Under the pieces are notes generated by a model. The model made no database searches. It had not been told where the DNA came from and was given only the letters and a program-made list of their open reading frames with translations. Of a stretch of 64,000 bases of DNA, positions 12,284 through 24,949 are shown piece after piece. The stretch is from assembly GCA_013265495.1 (NCBI GenBank), contig MU058463.1, forward strand, positions 2,689,523 to 2,753,522, read 5' to 3'. The translations under genes were made by a program, and so were the position numbers. Origin of the DNA: Vicugna vicugna. Taxonomy: Eukaryota. The first letter of the stretch is position 1. Each line of letters starts with the position of its first letter.

Positions 12284-12822
12284 CCTTCCAGAATAGACCA
12301 TGAGGGCCAGGTCTATTCCTGATGAAGGAGCAGCTGTCACAGTCCAGTAGTGCTTAATTTAGTGAGGTTACACTATTTTTGAACCACTATGCTTCTGAAG
12401 CATCATATGACATCTATACAAACAAACTCCCCTAAACCAAACAGTTAGATCAATATATGAATAAAAGTCCCCCCATGGCCAAGAATGGATAATCAATATG
12501 TCAGACCACATTTATCTCAAGTGAGGAAAATCAGAGCGACATGAAAGAAATGAATGATTATACCTGAGTATTAGAGCTTGTCTGCCTCAGGTTATTTTGA
12601 TAATACTTCAAATATTTATGGAAACAAGGGAATCATATTTTTTTCCAAACAGTTTAAATTTGAGTAAGAATGTTTCTGGTAGCATCCTAAGGAATGCTCT
12701 ACTGTCAGTAAGTTTTTGATCCTTTGTAAAGACGCCGAGCACAAACACACTTTTGATGAGGTCAAAAATACAATGTGTGAGACATCCAGGAACATATCAA
12801 AATTAAACCTTCCGTAAGTTTC
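12284..12822 (-). pseudogene. Two pseudo-exons (12564-12822, 12284-12413), C-terminal RGS-like domain
   Basis: Acceptors ttttttttgaag and tgtttgtatag; donors gtataa and gtacca. FDLIKSVFVLGV..SLVSINI and WFKNSVTSL, compared with RGSL1 NDLVSSAHMLQV..KLRVNV and VFHGAIMSV. Confidence 0.55.
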
Positions 12823-13129
12823 CTTCAAAAAAAATAAAACACTTAATCATGTAATTATTTGTTCTCATCCAGCCTCTGGTTGTTATTGCTATTATTAAAA
12901 AAAAGGGAACTTGAAATATTATAATATATTACTTGAATTTATGCCTGTCTTAGAGAATTCTGCTATGAGCTCCAAGAAAAGGAACTGGGTCATATTCATC
13001 TCTGTATCCTTAGTACTTGATTAAAGATTTGGACTTAGTAAGTGCTCAGCATACATTTGTAAGTGATAACTAGAGTGACTTAGTTATGTTCTCTGATCAC
13101 ATCAATTCCCTACCATAATAAATTAATCA

Positions 13130-13650
13130 ACAGTGTTTATTTCTCATCGGTCCCTAACCTGCTTCCTGTCTCTACAGCCTTGTCTATCCTGGAGTTTCAC
13201 ATTCATGGAAGCCTATGATGTGTATTCTTTTATGTTTGACTCTTTTCACCTAGCATTATGCTTTTGAGGGTCATCCATGTTGCAGCATGCATAAGCATTC
13301 CATTTCTTCCCACTGCTGAATGGTATTCATTGGATGGATTTACTACTTATGATTTATCTATTCATCAGTTGATGGACATTTGGGCTGTTTCCACTTTTTT
13401 GCTGTAATGAATAATGCTGCTATGACTATTTGTGTACAAGTCCTGTGTGGACATATGTTTTCACTTTCCTTGAATAGATACCTAGGAGTGGAGTTGATAG
13501 GTTAGGGGGTAACCCCAGTTTTAACATTTTAAGAAACCACCCAACTATTTTCCAAAACGTCCGCACTATTTTAAATTCAATATATCAGGGTTCTAAGTTC
13601 TCCACCCCTGTGTCAACATTTGTTACTGTCTATCTTTTTAACTTAGACAC
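13130..13650 (-). mobile_element. Old L1M 3' region, antisense
   Basis: catccatgttgcagcatg...gttgatggacatttgggctgtttccac...atacctaggagtgga. Confidence 0.85.
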
Positions 13651-14829
13651 TTTTTAAAAGGAAAAATTACTTCAATGATGAAAACAAGGCATTTCAACTA
13701 CATAAATTTTGAAAATATACAGAATTAGATAAAAAGCAAAATAACCCATTATTTTGCCTAAATGTCAGCTGTTAATGTTTTAGGGCATATTTTAATAATT
13801 TTTTCTTACATAGCATTTTAAAAAATTCCTGGTTGTGATAAAACTGAATTCCCAGCTTTGATCAAATATGAATTTAGAGAAGGGACTTGGAGTGGAGATA
13901 ACCATGGAATGTTTGATGGTCACTCAAGAGACTACCATGATTGGAATTGAGGGAGGAAGATAGACTTGGACAGATGGGGTTATATGTGGTCTTGAACGTA
14001 GGGGTAAGGAGATCAGCTATTTCCCAGAGTCATGTGTTTGAGATGGAGAAGTGGCAGGGGTTTTTACCTCACATGATGTCACAAGATGGATCCAGGAAGG
14101 GTGATGAAGAAGGAGAGTCAGGATGCTGTTGAAGAGCTCAAAGGTGCTGCAATGAGGAGTGAGACTACGGGCTGGCAGAGGCTGGGAATGGATTTAAGGG
14201 GTATACTAAATGAGAGTTAGGGGATGGAAAGAGTAGAAAGGAACTTCCTTCACCCCAATCTCCACCATGGATGGTAGTAAAGAGAAATTAAACATGGAAA
14301 ATAAATACATGGCTTTTCCTATTAAATTCTTCATTGGAGAAAAATACTAATTTTTCAAGATATTTCTAGTAGGTCCAAGTATTTTTAATATACCTTGGCA
14401 ACTAATTCAATGCTGTTCATACCTACACAGTCAACGGAAGTCAATGTTTCCTTTATAAGATGAAACTAATTTTGGAAAATGAAACTAATCCACAATACCC
14501 TATGTGATACTAAAGTTTTGATGTGTACTCTTCCTAGGAAAGTCACCAGAAGGACCTAAATGGGAACATGGAAGAGGAGATAAATGTTTCCAGACTTCTA
14601 AAGGGGCTGCTACAATCACATTCCTGATGTGGTTGCCGTCACAGTAGCTTCCAAGGGTAAATGCTTCTTTTCGTAGGTATTTGATTTATGACAAGGGAGT
14701 AAATTTAAAAGCATAAGGAAATACATACTTTAATACAAAATATAATTGATTCTAAACTTTTTATAGCTAACATTTATTGAGCCCCAGAATCATGACATTG
14801 TAAAATAATAGCAATATTAATAATCATAA

Positions 14830-15065
14830 TAATGTGGCTATTATTAATTGAGCACTTACTATGTGAACAGCACTGTGACAAAAGCTTTACAAACATTATT
14901 TCACTGAAACCTAACTACAACATGACCTAAGAAGTAGGAATTATTTTCTGTGTTTTTATAAGAAACAGAATTTAAACTCGGTAAGTCTAAATAACTTCCC
15001 TGTGGAAAGTGACAGAGCCAGGATTCACCCAGGTCTCACTCCCAATCTGTGGCCCTTCTCTACTG
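14830..15065 (-). mobile_element. MIR SINE
   Basis: attgagcacttactatgtg...ctttacaaacattatttca...gtgacagagccaggattc. Confidence 0.7.
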
Positions 15066-15734
15066 CATCTACTGGGCCTTTATGTTAAGATGCTTTATCA
15101 TCTGCTATCACCTGAGTTACACAATTTGAAATGACAGAGTTAAGAAAGTACTATTATTTCTACCTAATTGGTCTTTCTGAACAAATTCATTTCCAGGTGG
15201 AAATCAGTTTTGCTTATGGAAATAGTGATGCACTTGTTTAAAGAACTGTTCAGATACCTCCCATGAAAACCTATTCTTTCAGTCATTTTCCATCAGAAAG
15301 GTGTCTGCCCATCACCATCCCAATTCCCTGCTCTGTCCTGCTCTTTGCTCTCCATTCATTCTACCTCTTATATTGGCCCCTGCCCTCTGCCTTGTCCACC
15401 ATCCATTCCCTTGGTCTAGTCTGCTCTTCACCCTTCACTCATTGAGCTTCCTCAGTCAGTCTACAATCCTCATCCACCTTTCCAAATGCCACTTCTCTGC
15501 CAATATCCTACTTGAATGCCTCTGTCTGTTGCTTTTCCTAATATTTCTCTAGAATTATTGAATATCTCCCTACTCTGTACCTTTAGAGAACATTAAGCAC
15601 CCCCCATCCACATACACACATTGGTTTGTGCAAATACTTCTTTCACTCATTAGATTATGAGCTCCTTATGGGCGAGAACTATAACGTACTTATCTTCTGC
15701 ACTATGATCTTTTTAACTGCAGTGCTTAACACAC

Positions 15735-16658
15735 ATCTTAAACTGAATTGGTAAGTTTTTAAAGGTCATCTTATTCATTAGTGATCATGTTTTATTGTAT
15801 ATTTGTTCTGCTTGTTCTTCAATGTTATCTACCATGTAGTTTGCTTGGGTGCTATTCTAGTTCATTTCAACTTTTGGACAAGGTCCCCATCAAGGGATCT
15901 CTCAGGCTAAAACAGTGAAAAAAAAAAAAAGTTCATATCGTATCTGGATGGCAATGACTGGCTGGGTCTGCAGCCCAGATCACATCGGCAATATCTCTAG
16001 CTTCACACTGCAAAATCATTATCTACTTTTTGGGTTTAATCACGATCATATTTAAATCTCTTTAAGTACTCTTCTCTTCCAAATGCTTCTGCCCAGATGT
16101 GCTGCATTATTAATGGAATGGAATTAAATATAGGGGTTTTTAAAATGAATTTGCTTCCAAATATATTAGACATCATCTTCCCATTTTGACAGTCTTTCTT
16201 TCTTGATGTTGCTATTTTTCACAAGTCCTTTTGCCCCACTTCTTTATCTTCTCTTGTGTTCATATTATCTATCCAATTAATACCTCTTACAATTTAATTG
16301 GAGCTCTGTTTATGATGCCTCTAGTATCTCTAGTTAACGCTTTTAGATGTGACTTAATCCTGATCTTTTCTAGTGTCCCTGGATGACTCCTTCTAAACAG
16401 ATAAACTGCTATTTATCATGATCACAGATTCTCCTCTGTCCATTTTTTTTTCTTTTTTCTGAGCAGGGTTCCAATCACTGTCCAAACCACTGTCATCATT
16501 CATTTCCCTGGTATTCTGAATTAATTTTCTAGCCAATGCACTCTGTCAAATTATTTATTCTAATTAAGAGCTTTCCTTTGTATGTTGACAAAGCTCAGAG
16601 GGAGGAATTACCAGCAGTGCAGAGAGACTCCAGGTGTTCGTGTGTGGGAGTGGGAAGT
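15735..16658 (-). pseudogene. Long pseudo-exon or exons (..NDDSGLDSDWNPAQKKEKK..HIWAEAFGREEYLKRFKYD..DNIEEQAEQIYNK..)
   Basis: A plausible single frame with scattered stops over about 700 nt. AFGREEYLKRF resembles the RGS-domain start (e.g. RGS7 PVGREQFLKFL). Boundaries uncertain. Confidence 0.55.
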
Positions 16659-16719
16659 GGTAAAGGACAAAGAAGAAATACAATCTGGGATGGTACATGA
16701 AAAACTCAAAAACACAAAC

Positions 16720-17246
16720 CTGCATGAGTTTACTCTTTAACTGAAATGATTTGTTCTGGGAACCACTTACTAGGTTGGCCAAGTAATTTGTTCAACAAAG
16801 TGTTCTGGAATGAATTTTAAAGAAAACAAAATCATAGAGTGTTTTCTTTAAACTACAATGTTCCAGAATTCTTCATCATAAAAAAACTAGTCAAAGCAGA
16901 CACGAAATTCCTTACAGACCTTCATCTCTGTTCTCCAGGATTTATGATCTAAGAATCCTTTTAGAACAAGCATTGCTTTTTCTCTTCCTTCACTCAGACT
17001 TCTATTCCTTTTTCTTTCAATCTGGAGTAAAATACTGCAGACTAACATAGAATAAGCCTCATTTTGACAGCAATCTATGCTACCTGGGTCATCTTTCCTG
17101 AGTTATCTATTCTTGGGTCAAAAATATTGAGTAGAAAAATCACAGAGCTCCCACAGAACTATATTTCAACTTCAACAGTATCTGAAAGAGGTCTCTGACT
17201 TGAGAAATTGACCAAGGAAGATGCTGCGAAGACACAGAACCCCATT
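16720..17246 (-). pseudogene. Three pseudo-exons (17084-17246, 16916-17041, 16720-16804), RGS-like domain
   Basis: VRDLFQILLKL..L*FFYSIFL; CSILLQIERKRNRSLSEGREKAMLVLKGFLDHKS; NTLLNKLLGQPSKWFPEQII. Canonical AG/GT ends, although one inferred intron is only about 42 nt. Confidence 0.55.
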
Positions 17247-17289
17247 CTGTAATGTACACTATGTGGAAACCAAATGAAAAACAGCTAAG

Positions 17290-17550
17290 ATATATCTTGG
17301 GCTTGCTGCATGTAGGTACTCTGCTAACTGATCTTCATACAGCATCGTTAATCCTCACAACGGCCTTATAAGGTCATCCCCATCTTACAGATGAGAAAGC
17401 TGAGCCTTAGAAAACATAAGTAACTCACCCAAGGTTAGTACTACTGGCACAGAGATGCTGCTAAATATTCTATGATGCATAAGACAAGACCCACAACAAA
17501 GATTTATTCATTCCCAATTGTCAGTAATAAAGAAGTTGCGAGAGTCTGTT
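17290..17550. mobile_element. MIR fragment followed by a MER20-like hAT fragment (intronic to the pseudogene)
   Basis: taatcctcacaac...catcttacagatgagaaagctgag; gatgctgctaaatattctatgatgcataagaca...cacaacaaag. Confidence 0.7.
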
Positions 17551-17673
17551 CTTAACACACCTAATTTTAATTAACCCTAGAAAGGATGGAGAATTGTAGT
17601 AACAGCAGTTTCACTAACAAATTTTTAGTCATTTTAGGATAATTCAGATTCAAGATGACCCGTATTTTCTTAC

Positions 17674-17941
17674 GACTGCTCCAGTGTGTTCTGTGAGGTC
17701 TGTTTCTTGCTTCTGGATGCATGCTACTAAATCTTGATTTCTCGCAAGCAGTTGCTCAAAGTCCAAGCTTTGAAAATTAAACCTTTTATCCTGTGAGAAG
17801 CTTGGATTTCTTCTGGTATGTTTTCTGCAAAATGCTGCAGTGCTCTCTCTGTCACGAGTGTATCAAGCTTGGGGTTTCTCTAGTGGACACTTTCAATTTG
17901 CCTGATCTGTGCCATTTGGTCCTGTAATGGGTGGTGAGTAG
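17674..17941 (-). pseudogene. Pseudo-exon (..FNFQSLDFEQLLARNQDLVACIQKQE..), two in-frame TGA stops
   Basis: Acceptor attttacag, donor gtaaga; phase 2 to 0 matches neighbours; compare RGSL1 DITKMSFEELCYKNPKMAIQ. Confidence 0.6.
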
Positions 17942-18091
17942 CTGTAAAATGTCACTTGAAGAGAATATTTTCCCCAGTATAGTGTCTGAACTTAAAACTC
18001 ATCTTGCATTTGGGCAATGGCTTTTTTTTCTTTTTACTTTTTCTTTTTCTTTCTTTTTTTTTTTTTTTTGCTAAATAAGACCATCAAACAC

Positions 18092-18234
18092 CTTCCAGAC
18101 AGCAACAGTCTTGTTAAATCTTGTGGTCCCAGTTTCACATGGGCCAGCCTTAAATGCCATTGGTAATCTGCCCCTTCTTTCATTACACTCCTCCGACTAG
18201 AGCTGTTCATAGACAGCAAATCAATACTGTGGAC
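18092..18234 (-). pseudogene. Pseudo-exon VHSIDLLSMNSSSRRSVMKEGADYQWHLRLAHVKLGPQDLTRLLLSG
   Basis: Acceptor ccttccag, donor gtgttt; stop-free and in phase with both neighbours. Confidence 0.6.
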
Positions 18235-18668
18235 CTGGAAGGTATTCTAGTATGGCTTACAGAAAGCATGAGGATGTGATCAAAGGCACTGTGCATCTTT
18301 CTATACTTTGCCTACTGGAATAGAAACTCCTTGAGAGTAGGAACTGAAGTTTTTGAAGGTCATATGCAGAGTTAAACGTAGTGGAGCTCAGGGAATATTT
18401 AATATTAACAGTATTTCCATCAAACAGTTATCAGATATTCCTTTCTGATTTTTTTTATAACAGTTTGGGGGCATTTATATAAAAGAAATATGATGACAGC
18501 TTGGAGGGAATTCAGAATGAAACAATAAAAATGAGTGACTGGTTAGAGAGAAGAGGGAATCAGTTATGTGCTGGCTAAACAAGAATGGAAGAAGGAAAGG
18601 CTGATGAAAGATGAAAGGTGTAGGTACCAAGCAGCAAATTGATAGGCTCCTGAGTAGATGGCTACCAC

Positions 18669-19088
18669 CTCTGGAGCCATATATTTGGGGATTAACTGAG
18701 CCTTCTTTTGCCCTCCCTGCAATAGAGTTCCCTTGCCCCAATTCTAGTTTTATTGCTCCACAAGGAGTCATTCACTGCCATTGGTAGGAATCAGGAATTA
18801 TTCCAGATTTTGTAAGAATACATTCCTATTTTCCAAAGACTTGACATCATTCTAAAGCTAATGAAAATAAAATATTCCTAATAAGAATTCCAGTTCTCCC
18901 ACTCATTCCCGTGAAATCCTGTAGGGGTTGTGGCCCATGTGATGTAAATACAGAGAAGGTGGTAAGGAAGAGATATGGTGTCAGCAACTAACTTGGGGAG
19001 TACACAGGTAAGGCTTTGAGGTATGAATTCTGCCCTATTGGCCAAGGATCAGCCAAGGATCCACATCCCTTTGCTGATCTGAGCACAT
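18669..19088 (-). pseudogene. Two pseudo-exons (18907-19088; 18669-18857), first half of an RGS-like domain
   Basis: YLFLTTFSVFTSHGPQPLQDFTG|L*NDVKSLENRNVFLQNLE*FL..GQKKAQLIPKYMAPE, compared with RGSL1 YIHLALCADACAGNPFRDHL..DLWQDLQHFL and RGS22 KQAQYLFATYVAPS. The 189-nt exon is phase 0-0; the first donor appears mutated (atgagt). Confidence 0.6.
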
Positions 19089-19199
19089 CTAAAATACTGT
19101 GGAATTCTGAGCCCCATATTATAAGAGGGATATGGACATTAAAGAAGGATAACCTGAGTAAAAAGAGTTTGAAGATGCAAATAAAGGAAATGTGGATGA

Positions 19200-19520
19200 T
19201 GAGCCAAAGAAAATCTAATGGAAAAATTATAACCATCTTTAAATGTCTGAAGAACAGCCAAAGTGGAATTTAGATCCTTTCTTAGTATCTCAGAGTAAAG
19301 AGCAATGGTCAATGGGTATGAGTTTTAGCAAGATAAATCTCTGATCAACATAAGGGGAAAATAACAAGCTGTACTATAATGGAAGGGCAGACTAGGGAGT
19401 GGTGCTCACTTGGAGGATCCAGCCAAGACTGAATGATTATCTGCTAGATTCATAAATGACATTTACACATAGGTAGGCAAGATTAGACTGAAGTAACATT
19501 AATTCTTTTCTAATGATAAG
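19200..19520 (+). mobile_element. CR1/L3 fragment
   Basis: ataaccatctttaaatgtctgaag...caatgggtatgagttttagcaag...tcaacataagg. Confidence 0.55.
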
Positions 19521-19645
19521 AAAAGTCGTGTTGAGCAGATCTATTTTCTAATTAAAATCAAATAAATGATTGAAAGATATTTATGTGTTGCCTACCCACC
19601 TTTATTCATGTTTTGATTCTACTGATACTCATTAAAACTAGTTAT

Positions 19646-19844
19646 ATATGTAAAATAGGTAAACAACAAGACCTACTGTATAGCACAAGGAACTATATTC
19701 AATTTCTTATAATAACATACAATGGAAAATGATCTGAAATATGTATATGTATGTATGTGTATAACTGAATCGCTTTACTGTACACCTGAGACTAACATTG
19801 TAAATCAACTACACTTAAATAAAAACATTAAAAAAATTTTAAAA
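19646..19844 (+). mobile_element. Truncated artiodactyl-type L1 3' end
   Basis: acaacaagacctactgtatagcaca...actaacattgtaaatcaactac; TSD aaaactagttat at 19634-19645 and 19845-19856. Confidence 0.9.
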
Positions 19845-20459
19845 AAAACTAGTTATCTATGGGGGTTATTAAGAGAGACACAAATCATCTTAATTTTTAT
19901 TCTTAAATATTTATTAGAAGTCACCTCCACACCCCCAACACACTTTCTATCTCCACTTAATTCAGTTCTCATCAATTCTCCCCTGGAATATGGCAGTAGT
20001 CTCAGAATTATTGTTTTCTTCACATTCTCTACCTTCCAACCGTCTTCCCCAGTGTTCTCCATGTGACCCAGCGAGCCCCTCAGTTAATACATGCTGATGG
20101 CTCCTGTCACTCATGGAGAAAGGCCAAGCTTCTAAACACAGCACTGGAGGTCCCTGGCCCTAGAACTCCACCTCTCATACCTGCTTATCCACTGCTGTCC
20201 TTCCCCTGGAAGTGTTTCCTCCAGTAGTGATGGAGCTACTGTAACCTCTGCAGGGGACATGCTGTCCCACATTTTTAAGACTTTGTACATGATGCTTCAA
20301 CTGCTTTGAATGCCTTTCCCTAATTCTTCACCCAATATTTTTTAATCATCAAGTACATGGTCTTGATAAATAAGTTTGTTGTATAATCAGTCTGTTTTAT
20401 CTTCCCAGACACTTATTCTCAAGACTACCAAACCAAAACAGAAAAGAAAAGAGAAACAC

Positions 20460-20987
20460 AGTTATTTAGCTGAATTGTGTTCTACACAACCTATTTCTTG
20501 ATAAGTTCTCTTTGATTTCCTTAATTCTTGGGTATAAAGTCTAGTACCACTGTGCTTTGAACATTTTATTAAAATGTACTGTTCTCCACGGTAATTATTA
20601 GATTTTTCCACATGTAAGAAATGCAGCCATATAGTATTCTTTCTTATGAAAAACAATTACCAACTCATAAATATTAATCTTATTTTCCTTTTGCCATGTA
20701 TTATACTTCCAAGAGCCCTGATCAAATGCAGAGTATGCCTTCTGATGTCAGGCTAGTGAAAATGCCTCTGCCTCTAAAATACTAAAAGCAGACTATTTTG
20801 CATATCCAAAACGGACAGCACATATGTTTATTTACAAGATGTCCAGTTACTTAGCATTTATCATCCTTGCTATGTAGTTTGTATTATTCAAGTACATTTT
20901 AAATATAAATCTTTGCATAATGCACGCTTAAAAATGAATTTGGCATCTTTATGTAAGCCCACATACAGATGTGGTACCTTCAATGAA
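20460..20987 (-). pseudogene. Two pseudo-exons (20836-20987; 20752 down to 20661 or ~20460)
   Basis: Acceptors ttcttttactgtag and ttttcactag with a phase-compatible join. SLKVPHLYVGLHKDAKFIFKR.. then HQKAYSAFDQGSWKYN, compared with RGSL1 KRKMWQLVDPDSWSLE. Confidence 0.5.
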
Positions 20988-21080
20988 CTACAGTAAAAGA
21001 AATTCCATAAAGACAGATTTAGTCTGATAACTGGAACCCCCAACAGTACATCATAATAATCAAAGCTTTAAATGCAATAC

Positions 21081-21425
21081 TGTTTAGGAATTGAGCTGGC
21101 ACCAGGGAGACTAAGTCCTCAAGTCAATATTTGAAAATTAGAGCTGTTGTGTGAAATGAAGTGCTAAGCTGGAGAGCTGCCAACGGCTGAAAGCCAGCAT
21201 GCAGGAGCTGTAGCTGAGAAAATACGGAGTTTCCAAGCAAAGCCAAGGAGGGGATACGGAGCAGAGTTTGTCTCATTATCACGTCGTGGATAGGCTTCGC
21301 CTCTGGGCTTAATCCTTTTCTTCTTCTCTTTCCCTTCCTGCCCATAGATCCTTAAACCCAGAGTTCTTGTCTTCCTGAGTGAACTTACGATTTACTGTGA
21401 GCAGCTCTTTGGGGCCAACGAAGAG
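21081..21425 (-). pseudogene. Pseudo-exon (LFVGPKELLTVNRKFTQED..; KPIHDVIMRQTLLRIPSLALL..)
   Basis: GC-richer block, acceptor atcttcag, donor gtattg. Segments resemble RGSL1 SLLLMLRATHLQEG and RREILSHMQKVALF. Confidence 0.55.
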
Positions 21426-21629
21426 CTGAAGATATGATTATTTTTTATATGATAGTTGTGGGAACTTGGTTTTTGCATCATCTCTGTTAAGATAAGCATC
21501 ATATCATTGCGCAAGCTGGAGAAACACATTCAAAACAGATGTGTGAAAACCACATTTGTTTCAGAATGGAAGGAGCCTGAGACTAATGATGTGACCAAAA
21601 ATTAAAATTCATACAGTCATACTGGACAC

Positions 21630-21752
21630 ATTCTAAATGCACATGAATATATTTTCTCTTCCATCCAGCACAAAATCTTAATCTCCTTTTCCTTTTAAGC
21701 ACCTTTGTGTATCCCTCACAGAAACACTGAAGCACTACAGATCACATATCTT
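21630..21752 (-). pseudogene. Pseudo-exon (..EKEIKILCWMEEKIYS..)
   Basis: Strong acceptor ctctctcctcttctccaag, donor gtgtcc; RGS-like hydrophobic-C/F-W motif. Confidence 0.4.
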
Positions 21753-21786
21753 CTTGGAGAAGAGGAGAGAGATGAGACACAGATAC

Positions 21787-22335
21787 TGTTTCAGTCACAG
21801 TTCAGTCAGGAAAGCAGAGCCCGTACTAGGTAATTCAATAGAAGAGATTTAATTTGTGGGATTGGACATAAAGGTGTTGGAGGAACCCAAAAGCCAAACA
21901 GGGAACTCTAAGGCAACTCAGAGATTAACAACAGCAAAAAGTAGCTACAACTCCAAGCTCTGAAAGATACGAGGATGAGAAAGTGTGGCCAGATCTTAGA
22001 AACTAGACACTTGTGATGGGAATTTAAAACAAGATGGAGGCTGCCCTGAACCATGGAAGGAGATGCTTTTTGGCAGAAAAATGAATACAAGGAGGAGACA
22101 CAGTCATGTGCTACCCAAGCAAGAGCTGGAGGGGTGGAGGTGGGGGACAGGGAAGAAATGTCCCTTGCTTTCATCCCCCAATCTCCCACCAGTGCCTCCC
22201 ACTGGCCAAATGTGGCAGGAAGCCAAAGGCAAGGAATCCTGGGAAATGCAGTTTTTAAGGTTCAGATCCCTAAAATGCAGAGCATAACCTCAAAGGTAGG
22301 GGGAAAGATTTGAGAACAAACTAGCAAATAACTGA
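21787..22335 (-). mobile_element. ERVL-type LTR (LTR33-like)
   Basis: tgtttcagtcacagttcagtcaggaaagcagag...agtgcctcccactggccaaa...ggaatcctgggaaatgcagt. Confidence 0.6.
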
Positions 22336-23880
22336 CAAAATTGAATACCTAATCAGATTAAATTCACCTAAATGAGTAGGATGCAATAATTTGATTTGTA
22401 GTTTCTTTTGCTAAAACTGTCTTCTGTTATAGGAAATCTAATCTCATGATGAAAGACAGAGTTAAGTAATGTACAGTTGACTGACTTCCCAATGACAATC
22501 TTCTGGCCATGATGAATTCCTGAACTAGTGTAATTCAGTCTATCAGGCAAGTTTTGACTAAAGTCTCACTGTGTGCTGTGGCCAGGGAGAGTGTGGTGGG
22601 TGAGGGATGAGAGGGGAATGGGGAAGGCAAGTGCTTAAATATAAGCTAACAAATGAAATGTCAAATTACGTAAGACATTACAAAATGAAGTGCTCCATTT
22701 TACTGACTAGACTATGGGCTTAAAGGACAAAAGTGAAAAAGGAAATTCCCAGAAAATAGGAGAGCAACAAAAACACACAGTCAGGAAAGATCACACATAG
22801 AAGAAAATTTCTGAACAGTATTAAAGAAGTAGGTTAAATTAACATGGGAGGAGAAGAAAATATTAGATATTACAGGTAAAATAAAAACAGTCAAGGCAGG
22901 AATGAAGCTGGCCCTTTCTTGAGTCAATAGGGTTGTTGCTCTGATTAGAAAAGAGGACATGAATTAGACCAGGAGGTAAAGGTCATTGAATATTTGCATA
23001 GAATTAGAGGATTAGTAGAAAGCCTAAAACATCACACAGGCCAGCAGCTCTTCTCACGATTTTGCTTCCCCAAAACACACATATTAATAATGGTAGCTGT
23101 GATTCAGAGATAGGGAGGCAAGTGGGAGTGATTCGGAACCTCCCACTCCCCTCTCTACCTCCCCCTCCCACATGGAGAATCATGGATCTAAGGCATCTTC
23201 CTGAACAACCAATTAAATCATTTCCAAAATATGTGTCATCTTGTCCTTAAGAAATGTTGAAGAATTGATGGATGGGTTAAATGGATAAATAAAGCAAGTA
23301 TTGTAAAATAATAATAACAATTTTTAACTGTTTGAAATTTTCATAATAAAATTTGGGCGAGAAAGAAGCACAGGAGAGGAATATTTTATGCCTTCCATGG
23401 AAGAATATCAGTTAAGAAATTCTTCCTATGATCTCCTTTTTAATGTATTTTAAATGTGTTCCCTCGTTTCCTTAGCCATTCTTCAACCCTATGGTGAATT
23501 CCTCTGTCATTATCTAACATATCTGTACATATTTGTGTGAGTCTCTCTTGCCTTCATAGTTAATATATACTTTCTTTAATAAGAAAAGATGATACCTACT
23601 TATATTTAATCTGTGAATGGTCAGCAACACTCTGTACTTTAATGTCTTATGCAACTCCAAATTATTCAATTACCACTACAGGCAAAGAATTTGTAACTCA
23701 TCAGATCATTACATTTAAAAAATTTTCCTTACTAATCAACACACTTGACTGTAATTAAGATGACATTTTAGCTCCTGTGGAGTGCATTTTTTTTGCTATT
23801 TTTATTCATGTGTATTATTTACTGTATGGTAATTGTAGTGCCCTGTGTTTACATGTTTTCTATTAAATATTTCAATTTAC

Positions 23881-24176
23881 CCCACGAACATGAATTTCAC
23901 TTTTTAGGCAGAATGTATTCATTTTACTGCAGTACAAGAATAGGCCCAGTAAGCCTGAAATGAAAATGGCGTATTTTATAAATAGGTAGTAATCTCCAAA
24001 GACAGCTTTATTACCTAAACAACCTCCAGATTTAAAGTAAATAAATAAATTATCCATTTTCTATCTATGTCCCACTATCTGCTGTCATGTGAACCTGAAT
24101 TTGGCAATTTCATGCATTGATTTAAAACACACAGACTCCAGTTACTTAAACAAAATATTCAAAGTCCATTATTTAG
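23881..24176 (-). pseudogene. Two pseudo-exons (24015-24176 and 23881-23954)
   Basis: Acceptors ctttctgtccag and ttttcatttcag; donors gtaata and gtaaat. The spliced join gives IWRLFR|LTGPILVLQ*NEYIL, with the same R-L...Y-x-L spacing as RGSL1 RLPFFCKTNLCFHYIL and RGS22 RLPAFLESDCYFEYRL. Confidence 0.45.
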
Positions 24177-24488
24177 CTGGACAGAAAGGAGAACAAATGT
24201 TCATTTGAGAAGCCTGATCTCACAATCAACCAGGAAACAGGACACCTTTTTACACCTATAATTTAGAGTATTTGAAAAAGGTGAGGAGACAGGCATTATT
24301 TAGTTTCTTTCAACATTTATTGGATTCTCACAAGCACTGTGAGTTGATCAACAGGAGAGACTAAACTGTTGGTGTTTGTGTCCACAGAGCCCATTCTGTG
24401 GTAAAATGGACAACTTTACCCAGTTTGCACAATTTTCCTGAAGTCCAAACTCCCGGATAGTACTCCTTTTCCTCCCACTCCAGCCAAC

Positions 24489-24845
24489 TGTGATAGACAG
24501 AAGAACGACCTCTCAAGATGTCTGCATCCTAATCTCCAGAAACTGGAAATCTTACTTTACACGGCAAATGGGACTTTGCAACATGATGAAGTTAAGGAAT
24601 TTGAGATGGAGAGCGGAGCCTGGCTTATCCAGGTGAAACTAACCTACTGAGATGGGTTTACAAGAGCAGGAAGGTTAGAGTCAGAGAAGGAGACGTGGTG
24701 ATGGAAGCAGAGCTTGGAGAGAAAGACATCTGAATGTGCAACACTGCTGGCCTTGGGTGAAAACACGTGTGGCCCCGAGCATCTGCATGCCTGGATGGTG
24801 AGCCACCTCAGCAGTGAGCTGGGAGAGATGGTCACTCTGAAAGGA
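24489..24845 (+). mobile_element. MaLR LTR (MLT1D-like), 3' truncated
   Basis: tgtgatagacagaa...ctttacacggcaaatgggactttgca...gttaaggaatttgagatgg. Confidence 0.8.
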
Positions 24846-24949
24846 GCTGCGGAATGAACAGGTGGGATTCCTGAACTCGCTCTTCTGTTAAAACTCCTAT
24901 AATATTATTATTTCCCAGTTTTACTCCCACCTCTCTGATGCTTAACATT

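Noticed and set aside
18140..18162. WHLRLAH resembling the GAG-pre-integrase WHxRLGH motif
   Set aside because: No integrase or other retroelement context; it lies in a splice-bounded pseudo-exon.
17850..18760. Protein-kinase-like motifs on the minus strand (NWG..PKYMAPE|V, SIDLLSM, KCPLEKPQA*YT)
   Set aside because: No HRD, VAIK or glycine loop. KKAQLI-KYMAPE..SIDL is better explained as an RGS helix and loop (compare RGS22 KQAQYLFATYVAPSATLDI), in line with the flanking colinear RGSL1-like motifs.
12284..21425. Argument that the in-frame stops all derive from C>T changes in CAA/CAG/CGA
   Set aside because: Every stop codon begins with T, so this is always possible and is not evidence; not used.
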